DNA of 64,000 nt from Callorhinchus milii (lineage: Eukaryota), in contig NW_024704743.1 of assembly GCF_018977255.1 (NCBI RefSeq), positions 51,710,001 to 51,774,000 on the forward strand. The letters run 5' to 3'. The stretch's first letter is position 1, and each line of letters begins with the position of its first letter. The notes beneath the pieces were generated by a model, which saw only the letters and a list, made by a program, of their open reading frames with translations, did not search any database and was not told where the DNA came from. Below are positions 24,401 through 38,489 of this stretch, piece by piece. Made by a program: the position numbers and the translations under genes.

Positions 24401-26063
24401 ATACAATGAAGACTGTTTAATTTCACAGCATATTTGCACCACTTCTTTTCCTGATCCCTGTTATACAACAACGCCATCACTTGAATTCCATTCATTGCAT
24501 TAATCAATAATTTATAATGATCAAATTCACACAACCTACCTGAAAGCTGCACATTACTGTACCCCAATAATACAGTTCTGGTATAAATAACAAGGTATAA
24601 ATAACAATAAATGTCATGCATCAGGCATTGATTCTAGAAGACCCTTGAAGTCACCATTTTAAATAAAATTACGATCAAAAACAAAAGACGTTGCATATTA
24701 CTGGAATCAGAATAGCAAAAGTCCTTGAGCTGCAAAGTGTTGTGCAGCACTCTTCCAGAATTGTTTCATTTACAGACACATGGATTCGTTTTAGTTTCTG
24801 AGTTTCTTTACCATTAAATTACTTATTCTATTTTGTGAGATTCTGAGCAATGCTGATCATCATTTATTACAATTTCTTATTTAAACATACCATTTAAACT
24901 ATTAGATTTATAAGCCAACACTAAATTTCACAGAATCATGAATCTCAAAGTTCCAAAATGACACCAATACAGTCAGTGCATTTCAAACAGTCTTTTTCAA
25001 TAATAAATACATTTATACTTAAAAATGGTTCACATTTTTCTTAATGAATAAATTCATGCCATCTAACATTTATTTAAATTGCCAAGAAATTTAGAAAAAT
25101 AAGCTTTTAAATCAGCATCTGGGGGAATGGTCACTGAATAAAAATATAACGCGCTGCTTTTTCCAAGGATTAGATCAGTAATTCAAACACTTTACAGTGA
25201 AACCCAGGAATATTCAGTCACATCTCTCTAGGGTTCGGTCACCCGTGAGAATATATTATAATAATCTTATACATCTGCCAGAATAAATCCTCTTTTGCAG
25301 CTTCTTCCACCAAATGATAAGTATGAAACAGTAATCGATTCCGGTAATTTAGACAGCATTCAAATAATATCTGATTAAACTCTTGTACATTTGAAGCATC
25401 AAGCTCAATACTGTATAACCTAGCAAAATTAAATTTCATGGTTGCATAGCACTGATGACATAAATACACTGCACTTCGTTCTCAGTCCTAATTCCATTCC
25501 CAAAGAGAAAATAAAACTAGCAGAATGCAAGCAGACATTTCAGCATATCAAAAGAAGCTTTCAAACTTTTAATATTGCAACAGCACATAAGATTTTTATT
25601 ATCCAATATCCATTCAAAAAGATCACCATATAAATAACACACAAACAAATTAACCCAACTAGATCAAAAGCCAATTGTACTGAAGAAAGAACTGCATTTT
25701 TATAAGTATCTATAAAGAAGAAACATTTCAAAGCTATTCACTATAATTATCATGGTGTGTAGAGATTTTATTTGTAGGAGAAATGCACCAGCAATTTTGT
25801 GTACAATAAATGCCCAGATGGAAAAAAATATGAAATGAATTGCAATTAATCTGAAGTATTAATGCCCAGGACACCAAGAGAATCTCCCATCTCTTTTTGA
25901 GTGGAGACATGGGATCACTAGGTGTCCAACCGACATGCAAACATTTCCATACAAGATAAGCATATTTCAAACTCTTATAAATTGTCCGTACATTTTCACT
26001 GTCGAAAAACTATCATATTTCACACAAAGATTACTCCATATTAAGATGCTTTCCTTCCATTAG

Positions 26064-26363
26064 TGTGTCTGCCTGCCTCAGTTGGTAGCACTCTCGTTGG
26101 GGTTTGCTGCATTGTCAGAGGTGCTGTCCTTCAAATGAGACGTTAAACCGAGGCCCCGTCTGCTACTCAAATAGAGAAGGGGATTTCTTCCAGTGTCCTA
26201 GCCAACAATCTACAAATAAAATTGATCATTCCCTTCATGGCTGTTTGAAGGACACTGCTGTCTTCGCCCATATAACACACAGTCACTGCTATGAAGCACT
26301 TTGGGAAGTCCTCCCAATGTGAAAGGAACTATACCAAATGTAACAATGATTATTATTATTATT
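26064..26363 (+). mobile_element. SacSINE1/Deu-like SINE with internal deletions
   Basis: GTGTCTGCCTGCCTCAGTTGGTAGCACTCTC..GCTGTCCTTCAAATGAGACGTTAAACCGAGGCCCCGTCTG..tail (TTA)n. Confidence 0.8.
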
Positions 26364-26844
26364 ACTCATTATTCCAATTCTAATGGCATTTTTGAAACCA
26401 CCCCTCAATTTGTGTAATAATGAGTAAGACTGTACCCACCAATTCAGGGAATAAAGACATTGAATCTCAACAACTGGGCTTCACTCCTTTGGCCTTCGTT
26501 TGTGGTCTTTTTCATCATGTGAATTTCGTCATGAATTTCCCAATATAATATTTGCAAAAGTTGCAAAACTAGAAATTCGACTTAATAGAACAAATCCATT
26601 TTAAGGGCAAGGTTCTTTACACTTAGTTGTTGATATTGTGCTATTGTCTACGTAAATCCTGCTGCTTTCATACAGTGTAACTGACATGTACTCTAAATAA
26701 AGCCTACAGTTTATTTTGATCAAACTACCAAAGAAAAGAATTAAAGGGATGACACAAAATGTATCTCCCCCCAAATCAGATAGATAGCTTAGTTTCTTGT
26801 GGATTTAAAGGACTTAAGAATTAATTGATGTCAATTGTAGTGAC

Positions 26845-27168
26845 TGTAATAAGCCACCACAGCAGCTATTCTTACACAGCAATGTGTCACAAAGAATTGT
26901 TAAATGACCAATTTAAATGTAAAATTGTTGGTCAGGACACTGGAAAAAAAAAACCTCCTTATGAATAACTCTGTGAGACATTCACAATCATGTGACCAGA
27001 CAGATGGGACTTTATTTTAACATTTAAATCTAAAGAACAATGCAATGCTTCCTTAGTTTTTGACTTTACTGTCAGCCCAGACTGTGAGATCAAAATTCTG
27101 ACCGTGGAGCGTGAACTAACAATCTTCACAACCAGAGGTGAAAGAACTATTAACTGAGCCAAGCTGAT
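26845..27168 (-). mobile_element. SacSINE1/Deu-like SINE
   Basis: Plus strand ends AGAGGTGAAAGAACTATTAACTGAGCCAAGCTGA, the reverse complement of the head. Confidence 0.6.
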
Positions 27169-28124
27169 GCTTAGTCCACTACCTTTCTTTCAAGGAAGAC
27201 ACTGACCCTCAAAAGGACAGAAAACAGTCTAATGGTGAAGAGGACTCTCCCCAGAGATCTCCAAAATAGGACTATACAAATATAATTTCCTCCTGTAGCT
27301 CTCGGTGATTTCATGTAAGTGATGAGAAATCTGAGCTCTGGGAATGTAGTGAGGCCTTGCTGGACTGCTGCCCGAGATGACTCTCAACAGGGAACTCTTA
27401 TGAGCTAATCGTCTAAATACGATAGATGTGCAAGTGCTGCAGCCGTAGATGGGTTGCAATGAAAGACAGACATTTCACAAATAGCTTAGAGGTTCGGGGG
27501 GAAAAAACGAAGAGTGTAGCATTCTCTACTGATATCTGCGACCCTGTAAATTCACCTCTTAAACCGAATATTCTGCACTTGGGCTGATTTGCTAAAACAA
27601 ACTGAGCATCATCTTGAGGTCTATTGCGGTGAGACAGGCAAGCTGCCTGGATAATCAGAGGACTAAAAAATCCACACAGTCACTTCAATTTATAGTGAAT
27701 CCTGTGAAGTACTAAAGGCACTATACCAAATGTAATGATTATTATTATTTTATTATTATTCTCCTTTCAAAGAAATCTTCAAAAGTTGAGATGTAGCACA
27801 GGACATAAAACTCAAGAATTCTGGAAAAGAATGAAATGGCATCAGGAAAAATTTGTTCCACTCCAATCAACAGGAGGTTGCCCTATGACGGCGAAAGGCT
27901 GTAAGCTGCTAATCTCATCTTTCATTCGAAGCACCAGCTCAGCATTTCAGTATGATTAGATCAGTCAGTGCCTCTGAATTGGCATGCAAGGATGCGAAGG
28001 ATAAAATCTTTCGGTGATCTTCTGAATCCAAGCCTCCGATATGATCTAAGAGTTCTATTCTGAATCCTGGGTGGGGAATTAGAGGAACAAATGATTTTGA
28101 GGTGTCTCGGCTGTAACCAAATAC

Positions 28125-28405
28125 CAAATAACAACAACTTGGATTTATATAGCGCCCTCCACGCCGGACGGCATCTCAGAGCGCTTTACAGTAATGGATC
28201 CCGGGGCAGAGCCAGGGGGAGGGGGAGGAAGGTGACCAAAGGTGCGGTCGGAAAGAAAGGTCTTCAGCAGAGACCTGAAAATAGAAAGAGAGGGAGCAAG
28301 GCGAAGGGTGTAAGGATGTAAGTTCCAGAGCCTCAAAGCATAGTGCCTAAAGGCACGGCCGCCGAGGGTGGAGCAGAGGACTCCGGGGATGAGGAGGAGG
28401 CCAGA
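28125..28405 (-). mobile_element. L2 LINE 3' end (tail type B)
   Basis: SGLLLIPGVLCSTLGGRAFRHYALRLWNL..FRSLLKTFL; tail GCGCTCTGAGATGCCGTCCGGCGTGGAGGGCGCTATATAAATCCAAG(TTG)n. Confidence 0.9.
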
Positions 28406-28624
28406 TAAATAAATAAATAATGAATCAACAATCTTACCCCTGACTCTCACCTGGATTGAGAGACAAGACCCATGGTGCAATGCTTGACAAGGTGGGGGAA
28501 GGCAGAAAGGGTCATGACACAGATGTTGCGTAGAAAGGACACTTGATGATCAAACAAGATGCCAAGATTCTGGACTGCCTCAGTGAGGTGGAGTGGGCAT
28601 CCATGGAAAAACATGAAGCAATAT

Positions 28625-28935
28625 TACACAAAAGGCCATGAAGTGAATGATCCTTGTTTTTAATCTAAAGGATTCTTGACTAGGACTCTTTTTTTGAATA
28701 CTTAAACTCGATCTTTGACATCCACCTGAATAGATAGATGGAACCTCGGTTTAACATCTCATCCAAAGGAAGTACCGCCAACAATGCAGCTCTCCCCAAA
28801 AACACTACATTGGAATGTCAGCCTGGACTATGAGCTAAATGTCCTGGTATGAGGATTGAACCCATGACCTTCTAACCTAAAAGTAAGTAGTGCGATTCAG
28901 CCAAGCTGCAAGCGTGTGACTGAGCCAAGCTAACA
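28625..28935 (-). mobile_element. SacSINE1/Deu-like SINE
   Basis: Plus strand ACATCCACCTGAA..CCTCGGTTTAACATCTCATCCAAAGGA..GAACCCATGACCTTCT..GAGCCAAGCTAACAC. Confidence 0.75.
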
Positions 28936-29449
28936 CCCTGGCCTGAATGAAACATTTAAAGCTCTTAAGGAATAAACCCATTTGCTTCCTAGGGTTCCCC
29001 TTGTCAAAAGGCATCTGTACCTACTTGTCTCAATGTTCCCAAGGAAAATCCTAACACAAGGAGTTGAGCATACCAGAGCAGTAATTTCTCTTAGATGACA
29101 GACAAGCCTCCTACATCTATGATGTCTACCCTACATTGCTTGCTTTTGCAGGGATGCAGTCTGTAGAATGTCTTACTAACCAAAAACAATGGTTCCCTCA
29201 GGGTCTTGAGCAGTGCTTATCACAGCTGGAATGCTTACTAATGGGGCAAACAGGTTTCCATCTATACTGATCCCTGAGCAAGGATGAGCCTGCCAAATAC
29301 CCAACTCGCATTATCCAATCTTTCTCATGGCAAAAAATTATGCATAGATATGTTGAGGAAATCAAGCTAAAAGTTCCACAATATTTATCGAAGAACAATT
29401 TATGAGGGGGTCAGTCAGCTGTCTGACACATGTGGAAAACCATCATCAA

Positions 29450-30420
29450 GCTTGAGTCTGACCCCGAGCCAGGGGGAAAGGGAGGGAGGTGGCCATAAGC
29501 ACGATCAAAAAAAGGAAGGTTTTTCGGAGGGATTTGAAAGTGGGGAGGAAGGGGGCCAAGGTGGAGGGATTGAGGGAGAGAGTTCCAGAGTTTCGGGATG
29601 TAGTGGCTGAAGGCAAGTCCACCAAAGGTGGAGCGGAGGGACGAGGGACAAAAAGGAGGCCGGAGGCAGCTGAGTGGAGGCAGCGAGTGGTGCTATACGG
29701 TAAGCAAATCAGATAGGTAGGAAGGTGCAAGGGCATGAAGGAATTTGAAAACCAGTGAGAGGATCTTAAAATCAATTGTTTGGTAATTGGGAGTCAGTCG
29801 ATCTTGGCAAGGACTGGTGTAATGGGGTACAGAGTGTTGTGCAGGTGAGTATCCAGGCAGCAGAGTTTTGAATTAGTTGAATTTTGTTTATGGTGGAGCT
29901 GGAGAGATCAGCGAGGAGGCCATTGGAATATTCCAGCCAGAAAGTGACGGAGGCAGGTCGAGGGTTACATTTGATGTGAGGTACGGACAGAGACAGGCAA
30001 TGTCACCGAGATGGAAAAAAGCGGTCCTGGTCAGGGAACGGATGTGGGGTAGAAAGGAATCCTGGAGATCGAACCTGACACCTAAGTTGCGCACAGGTTC
30101 GATGAGTCGGAGGGAGAGCACGGGAAGGTTGAGGAGTTCAGATCCGCAGGAGACAAGACATTAACAGGAACCAAAGAGAATGGCTTCCGTCTTGCTGACA
30201 TTCAGCTGCAGGAAATTTGAGATGAGTCTGAAGTTTGTGAGGTTGGAGGGATCAAGGATAGATTTTTTAAGGAGAGGAGTAATGACAGCGGTTTTCCGTG
30301 GGAGTGGGACAGAGCCTGAGGACTGGTTGATTGTGTCAGCCAGCAGTGGGCAGAGGAGGGGGAGTTCAGTAACCAAAACTGGGTGGGGAGGAGGTCGAGG
30401 CAGCAGGATTTACTGAAGTG
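29450..30420 (-). mobile_element. L2 LINE fragment with the RT core deleted
   Basis: KTAVITPLLKKSILDPSNLTNFRLISN fused directly to FLQLNVSKTEAILFG; then EPVRNLGVRFD..PHIRSLTRTAFFHL and the C-terminal region. Confidence 0.88.
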
Positions 30421-30734
30421 TAGTGACTGCATATTTAATAAGAATCCTTGCAGTTGATATAACTCCTTTCACATCAGGAGAATGGCTCAATGTTCTTGAC
30501 ATGGTGTAATGACTGCATTTTGTTCAAATGAGGCAACTAGTTTGTAATTGTATAAATCAATAGCAACCCCTTGTTTTAGAAAGAGAGAACCTCTCAGAAT
30601 GCATCAAAAGCTTTAATTTTCCACATTTAGTAATGTTTATTGGCTACCATTTACACCAGCAACAACAACAGCAACAGCCATTTATATAGCACCCTTTACA
30701 CAGATAGCATCTTGAAGAGCTAGGGAGGTCCTGA

Positions 30735-30995
30735 GGAGCCCACAAACACCCATGAGGTGAATAAACAATTAATCTGGAGAATTATTTGCTCAAACACTGG
30801 GGGAATCATTTTCATATAGTGTCATGAGATCTTTAATACGCAGACTTGATGGGACCTCAATTTAGTGTCTCATCTGAAAGGCGACATCTCCAACAATATA
30901 CAGGTCTCCTACAGTTGTACTAGATGTCATGAGGCTTGATTGTGCAATCTTCTGACCTAGAGGGCGAGACTGCTACCAACTGAGCCAAGCTGACA
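30735..30995 (-). mobile_element. SacSINE1/Deu-like SINE
   Basis: Plus strand GTCTCATCTGAAAGGCGACATCTCC..CTTCTGACCTAGAGGGCGAGACTGCTACCAACTGAGCCAAGCTGACA. Confidence 0.7.
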
Positions 30996-32789
30996 TGAAG
31001 GAAGAAACTGTATCAAACAGTCAACATGATCGTGAAGGGAATTTTAAAACATTATTTCGTTAGTAAGTTAATTAGCATAGTTTCTACTCTGGTCAAAAAA
31101 CACTAATTCACTGCTTTCAGATAACCAATAAAACAAAACTGCATTTTTAAAGCACATAATTACAATCTTTGCTTGCTATTAATACTCCAAGTATTCAATA
31201 TCTCACATTGCTTCCATGTCTGATTTATAATAGGGCTCTACATGATGACTGAAATGGAAAAAAATAGGGAGTTTACCATATCAAATCTTCATAGCGTAAT
31301 TTGCAGAATAATGTCAGAAGATGTACAGTTTTTATTTCAGTTAGTCTAATGACCATTATATTGTCCTTAGTGGAACTTGATCGGCAACTTTCACCTCAAA
31401 CACATTTATTATGGCTTCCCTCATGTCTTAATTCTATAGTTCACTTTGTTTGGTGATTGAAAGGTATTTACTGATTTAAGACAATCTCAAATACAAAATG
31501 TTAGCAAATGACCCTATAGCTTTGGATATCTTATACACACTGGTTTCACACAGAGCCATCAACAGTACAACCAGTACAGGGAGTTACAGACAAATCATCT
31601 GATGGCAGAGGTTAAAAAAAACTTGTTACTATGACAACAGATAGAGTCAGATAACAAAATGAACAGCCACTTTTGATCTTCAAAAAATTTCTCATCTTTT
31701 GCCCACTCCTGTTATCTGGGCCACTCCATCAAACGCCTAATAAATAACAGAGTTAAAACCCCAATCGACCTTCAAGGAACACCAGACAAGCTGTAAAGTC
31801 TATGGACAGGTTACTATTACAGTGAAGTAAACATTCTTGGTTTTCCATAATTTACTGACAGAAAATAAGAGGACTTAAAGCTGACAACTTGTGAGAGTAT
31901 AGGATTCCATCAGTGTAGTTTTGCTATGATACAAAGAATGCGGTAAGAAGAGATGCCAACTGGCCATCAGTTTGATGGTCCAATCCTCATTTCACTGTCA
32001 AAAGTCTCTGACCCTAATTACACCTAAACAAAATCCTTCGTATTGAACAATTCAATGGAGAACCAGAAAAAACTGTAGCTTCTTCTGGAATGTCCAACAA
32101 ATATGACAGAAATGAAATGGCAATTATCTTTTTTATTTTGTTTGAAAAGTTTATTTATCTTCCAAATTAATAAAAAAAAAGTAAGTTCTTTCCCTCAGGG
32201 AAGGTGAGAGGACACAAAACTTAAACTAAGTCAGGGGTTTGTGCCTACAACTGAGCTAAATGAGGAAGCAAACAGAAATTTGCACTTGTACATCTTTCAC
32301 ATAGAGAGAACTTGTCAAACCACTTTACAAAGTGGCTGAAAGCTACCACCTAAAAGGGGGGTGGGGAGAGCAAGTGAATGGCATGAAGCTGGCCAGAGTT
32401 TTCAGAATGGAGGGAATATAGGGTATAGGGTAACGGGAAATCACAGAGATGGTGGGGCAAGGCCAGGGAGGATTTAGAGGTAAGGATGGGGATCATCATG
32501 TTGACCCACTGGGAGACAGTTGAGGATGGAGGTTATGGATTCACTGAACCTAGTGTGGGAGAGAATATGGCCTGCAGACTCCCAGAAGTACATATTATTT
32601 TTTTAATGAACTCAAACAAAAAATTCAACACTGCAAAACTGTTCTTGTAATACCCAGCATTCTAGAAAGCATGGAAATCATTGCTCTAATAAATTAGCTT
32701 AAATTCTGCAGAATCGTATCTACAGGTTAATACTATCAAGTTATTTATTCCAAGTTTCAATTATGTTTTATTTTGCCATGTTTCTCTTG

Positions 32790-33180
32790 TTCTCCTGAAA
32801 GCCATGACTCTTACTGGAGTACAGTTCGACAGGTGGCAAGCAACCTCTGGCAATTTGCCAAAATTAGCATTCTTTATGTGTTAGCCGAGAGAGTGAATGT
32901 TTGGAAGGTATTCAACCGTGGAGAGTACTTTACACCTGCATTTAATCCTGTTTTCACACAAATACACACCACACACAGAAGGCATCATTGGATAGTGTTC
33001 ATGAGTAAAAACCGTAGCCAGTTTTCCTCTTTGCCTTTCTTTGGCCCGGAACCACTGAAGTCAATTGTAGCACCTCAACTGCTGCTCTGGCTGAGATCAG
33101 CTACCTCAGTATTGACTGACAATCGAACCTTCCAGCCTGCATTTCACAGCGTTTTTACCAACTCAGCCACTGGGGAGCCA
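32790..33180 (-). mobile_element. Ancient SINE, AmnSINE2-like
   Basis: Minus strand CTGAGGTAGCTGATCTCAGCCAGAGCAGCAG..CTACAATTGACTTCAGTG..ACTATCCAATGATGCC; homologous to 63660-63965. Family name from memory. Confidence 0.55.
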
Positions 33181-33409
33181 TTCATTGTGGCTAAGGTCTG
33201 AAATAAACAACAGCACTGCTTAGACTTGCTGCAGTTTTAAAATCTAATGACTCAAAATTGAGAAACTCTCTCCCTCTACAAACACGTTAACTACAGATAA
33301 TGTGCAATAAAGTATTAATGTATAATAAATATCTTACTTTTTCACTGATTTCCATCTTTAAAACTATTTGCAAGGCCTGAATGTTGTTACATATAATTTC
33401 ACTACATAG

Positions 33410-35400
33410 ACTGTAAGTACCTAAATCAGCCACTTAGCCCATCTTGTCCATGCTGGTGTTTATACTCATCATGAACCACACCCCTCCTAATATCCTGTGG
33501 AATCCCTTCTATTCCTTTCTTCCTCATGTATGCATTGAATTTTGTCTTAAATATATTGATGCTTTTTGCTTCAGCCACAGCTTCCATGTTCTCACCACCT
33601 TCTGTATAAAGACGTTCCTCCTAATCTCCCTTTTGTATCACCCACAAAATATAGTCACTTCACTTTACAATATATTCTTTGAAGCACTTTGAGACGTCTC
33701 GCTGATGTGAAGTGCCTTGGGACGTCCTCCCGACGTGAAAAGCGCTATATCAAATGCAAGGATTATTATTATTATTATAAATATAATTTTGTTGTTGTTG
33801 TTGTATCTGCTACTAACTATCGTATTTATTTTTTCCTGTTTTTGACTTGCCAACAAGTAGAAATAACCTATTAATGTCCTTAATGATCTTATCAAATCAT
33901 TTCATAAATTTTGAACACCTCTATCAGGTCACCTCTCAATAAACCCATGTTCAGAGAGAAAAACACTATTCTGTTCTATCTTTCTTGAAAGCTGGATTAA
34001 TTCAGTTCTGGTAACATCTTAGTAAATCAACCCTGCACTCTCTCCATTGCTACAATATCTTTCTGGTAGTATGATGACCAGAATTTTACACAGTACTCCA
34101 AATGTTGTCGAACCAGGTTTTATATAAATTTAACATTACTTCCCTTGGTTTGTACTCCGTTCCTCTGGACGTAAACCCGAGGATCTTATTTGCATTTGTT
34201 ATGACCTTGTCCTCTGTGTTACTTCTTTGAGTGCCTTGAATCTGGATCCCCAGATCCCTTTGCTACTCTACCCTCTCTTAGGTTCTTACCATCCAGGGTA
34301 TAAATGGCTTCTTTATTACTCCTACCAAAGTGAATCACTTTACATTTCCCTATATTAAACTTGACCTGTCCCCATCTATAAGCCTGTTTATGTCTTCCTG
34401 CATCTGTTTGCAATCCCCTTCATTTTTTACCTTCATGCTTCTACAAAATTCAACAACATATCTGAATCCAAATTATTTATGTACATGGAGAATAGTAGCA
34501 ATCCTAATGCAGATCCCTTCAGATTGCCAGTCTGAGAAGTTGGCCTTTACTCATATTCTTTGTTTTCTATTTTCTAACCACCGCTCAATCCGTTCTGTAC
34601 CTTTTCCTATATCTAATTTTAGCCAAGAGTATGTGGCACCTTATAAAAGCCCCTGTCAGAACATATGCACCACATCCACTTTCTCTTACATCTGACTTAT
34701 CTTTGACTTCCTCAAACAATTTGATAAGTGTTGGTCAATGTATAACCTTCCTTTCATAAATCCATGCTGGCTGGATCATACATTACTCTCCTCAAGATGG
34801 TTAGTTATTCCATCCCTTATTACAGACTTCCATATCTTGCTCACCATAAACATTAAACTGGCCTGTAGTTCCCTAGATTAGCTGTATCTTTTTTAAAATA
34901 AATCTGTATATTACCTTCACCATCGTCCAATTCTCTGCCACAATTCCTTTGTCTACAGAGTTCTAAAAATTTATATACTAGGGACTCAGCTATCTCCCGT
35001 TAGTTTCTTTTAATGATCATTGGGTGCAGTCCATATGGACCTGGTGCTTTGTTCTTTTTAAGTTTCTCAAATGTTGCTGGTACTTTTCGTCCTTTCTCCC
35101 CATCGTAACTGTTGGGATTGATGCCCTATCCCATATGTTATTGCTAGATTTTTTTGGCATCTCCTTTGTGAAAACTGAGGTAAAACATTAATTTAGTATT
35201 CCAGCCATTTCTTGATCAGATCATGAACCTTATCCCCTTCAACCCTTAATTGTCCTATCGTACCTTAACTCCTTTTTTTTTCTAACTTGCCTCTTGAACA
35301 CGTCAGTATTTATTTTATGTTTATTGATATGTTCTCTTCATGATTCCTCGTTGCCATCCTAATCATCTTTTTAACCTCTTTTCTACGCTTGTAGCACTCA
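33410..35400 (-). mobile_element. Degenerate CR1-clade LINE with nested SINE/L2 tails at ~33640-33805
   Basis: WGQVKFNIGKCKVIHFGRSN; plus-strand CAGAATTTTACACAGTACTCCAAATG is the reverse complement of HLEYCVKFW; GGACCTGGTGCTTTG is the reverse complement of KAPGP. Confidence 0.8.
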
Positions 35401-35599
35401 CTTCAGTTTAATTCTCTGTTATCAGTTTGAGAGATCTAGTTTAAAATCACATATCTGTAACTTTCAAATGGTTGATAAAATGCACCTGTGATAGATCAAC
35501 AACAGTGAGAATTCTTTCTTATGACTGAAACACTTGACTAGTGAAACTGTCTATGTGACATAGACATATATCACATCCGAGATGACATAGCTCATATAA

Positions 35600-36172
35600 C
35601 CTTCGTGCATGCATTTGTCACCTTTCACTTGGATTACTCCAATGCACACCTCACCAATCTACCCAGCTCCACAATTCAAAAGATCCAGCTCATTCAAAAC
35701 TCTGTTGCCCACATACTGACCCAGACCAAACTCCGTACCCATATCTCACTAGTTCTGGCCAGGCTCCAGTGCCTCCCCATTACCGAACGGATCGACTTCA
35801 AGATCTTCACACGCGTGTTCAAATCCATTCACTCCCTGGCACCTCCCTATCTCTCTGACCTCCTCAATCCCAAATCCACCACCTGGTACCTCCGCTCGAC
35901 TGGCACCGGTCTCCTGCTCCGCTCTCGCACTCTCTGCCCCACCATCGGAGTTTGCGCTTTCAGCCACTACACCCCAAAAATCTGGAACACTCTCCCACAA
36001 TCCGTTCACCTTGCCCTCTCTCTCCCTTCTTTCAAGTCTTGCCTGAAAACCTTCCTCCTCGACCGTGCTTACCGCCACCTCTCCACTCCCCCCAGCTAGG
36101 AATCAGGCTCCGCCACTGTTAAGGGCTCTGAGACGCTACCCTGCGTGGAGGGCGCTACATAAGTGCAAGTTC
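35600..36172 (+). mobile_element. L2 LINE 3' part (tail type C)
   Basis: VHAFVTFHLDYSNA..QLIQNSVA..ERIDFKIFT..APPYLSDLL..AFSHYTPKIWNTLP..FKSCLKTFL; tail CTCTGAGACGCTACCCTGCGTGGAGGGCGCTACATAAGTGCAAG. Confidence 0.92.
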
Positions 36173-36849
36173 TTGTAGCTCCTTTTGTATGCAGAAGATG
36201 GTGGTTTTATTTTCTATAATTGCAAATAATGTTTTATGGATTTCCTACAACCAGGAAGACAAAACTGCAAAGCTGCAATTTGTTGTATGATTTTCAATGT
36301 GCATTATAATGTCAATAAGAAAATGTAGCACAATGTTAAGGTGAGTTGAATAATTACCAGTAATCCAATTACTAATGACCACAAACTGCTCATATGCTAA
36401 TTCACTTCATTTTTCTATATCCCGACAATCAATAGCAGAATGCTGTTGACATTTAAAAATGCTGAACCATACTCTGTAAGAACAATTACTGCATGCAAAA
36501 AATACAACATAGTATTGAGCATGCTGAATCAATAAACATTGCCATTTAACAAGCAATAACATGTAAATAGGCACTGGAATTAGCAAATAACTGATATTAT
36601 ATGAAGTTTTTACTGAATTCTACTGAATTTTTATTGAATACTAAAGAATTTTCTTCCATGATTAGGGAAATGTTAAAAATGTTTAAATTCTTATTTAACT
36701 TAAAAGTCCAGGAAAGTCGAATTTTAGTGACATTATTTGAGTCACAATCCATAAAACTCTCTACCAGTTCACCAGCTTATTGTGCAGCATTTTATCTATT
36801 GTGTGAATCCACTGTACGTAGGAAACTACTGTGCTCTGGTTGCTATGAA

Positions 36850-37085
36850 ATGATGGTTCAATTTTATCTGGAGGATTGTTGGCCAGGACATTGGGAGGAA
36901 CTCCCTTCTCATTTCAAACAGTGCAATGGGATCATTGTGATTCACCTTAGCAGGCAGACTTTAGTTTAAAGTTTCATCTAAAGTTCAGCATCTCTGACAA
37001 TGCAGAGCTCCCCAGCACTGCATTGGAGAGGCAGCCTTGACTTTGAATTCATTGGGGTTTGAACCAATGACCTTCTGGCTCAGCC
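36850..37085 (-). mobile_element. SacSINE1/Deu-like SINE
   Basis: Plus strand TGTTGGCCAGGACATTGGGAGGAACTCCC..GTTTGAACCAATGACCTTCTGGCTCAG. Confidence 0.7.
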
Positions 37086-38489
37086 TCTGTCTCACCTCTG
37101 CCTAATACACCAGGCTGATTCTCACTTTCAATGGAAACCAATCCTTTGAACTAAAAGAGGAGTTTTAATTGTTAAAGCTGTCTAAAATTAAATCAGTCAG
37201 ATGCCCATTTCTACTTCATTCAGCAAAAGCAAAGATGTCAATTCTCATAGCTATTGTACAATGATTTTAATTGCATGAATGTATAAATTATCAATTTGCA
37301 TTAAACAAATTGATACAGTAGATAAACACGTTATAACTGAAATAATTGATTTCAGACCATTTTGACATCAATCAATTGTAATACTCAAAAGTTCTATGTC
37401 AAAAATTCACAAAAACCTTAATACGTAACCATATAACATAAGGAGGCAAGACTGTTTTATATATGAGAAACCTAGGTGAACATCAAAGATACTCAGGATA
37501 CCAATTTTGAAAGACTAGGGGAAAAGAGTGGAAAACCCAAGAAGTCATGGTTAGGTGATGTTAAGCTTGGATTTTAAAAGCCTGTTAGTTATAGAGGAAA
37601 TGAAGACTGAGAGTGGTATGATTTCAGCACTCTGCTAAAGCATTCTTGCTGAGACTTGAGAGAATGCCTAGAATATGAATCACTCTCCATATCATCACCT
37701 TCCTCTCCGTTTTCTTCTATTTCCTCAGAGAAGACTCTTGCCATTCTTCAAAATAGTCATTGGCCTCAGGCAAGTTGACAAAGGCCATGATGCTTCTGCC
37801 TCAGGCAATATCAAAGCTGCGCCAGCATCTATTGGTACCTACATTGGTACAAAAATTGAGGCTTTGGGTCCACAGCAGTCAGCCCAGGAGGGGAACAGAC
37901 ATTTCAACATATGTTGGCATAGATTTGCAAGGCTGAAAACATTAGACTAAATGAGGAACTCTCTCAGAGGGAAGGGGAGGGGGTTAGTTGATTAACAAGA
38001 ATGCTGATTTTCATCAGGGTGGCTCTGCATCTGGTGTTATGATTGACTGGGACTTAATACTAGAGTCTAACTAGATTGACGCATCTTCTGCAGCAAATGC
38101 TTCAGGCACTGAAAGAGACTGTGGCTAGTGTTGATAATATAACTGCCTGAGCACCAGTCAGGGATTTGAATGCTCTGATCACTCAGTCAGTGCCAATATC
38201 AATGGTCATTTGGATCACAGGCATTATCGAATGCATAATAATAATGACACTGTGAATGTTTAAGTATCAGTGCAATGCAGAATCTAAATGGAGGTGTGCA
38301 TATTTTTGCGTTGATGGCATACCATTTGGAGGACACAGCAGAAACTTGGTTCGTTTTTTGAGTGATGCCATGTCTGGCATCCTTAACATTCACTTGAACA
38401 GGCAGAGGGGTCCTTGGTTTAAGATCTCATCTGAAAGTTGAAGGTTGACTACTGTATCCTCCTCCATTGCCTCTCCTCTCACCTCAACC

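Noticed and set aside
32773..33201. 142-aa plus-strand ORF
   Set aside because: Lies over the antisense strand of an ancient SINE.
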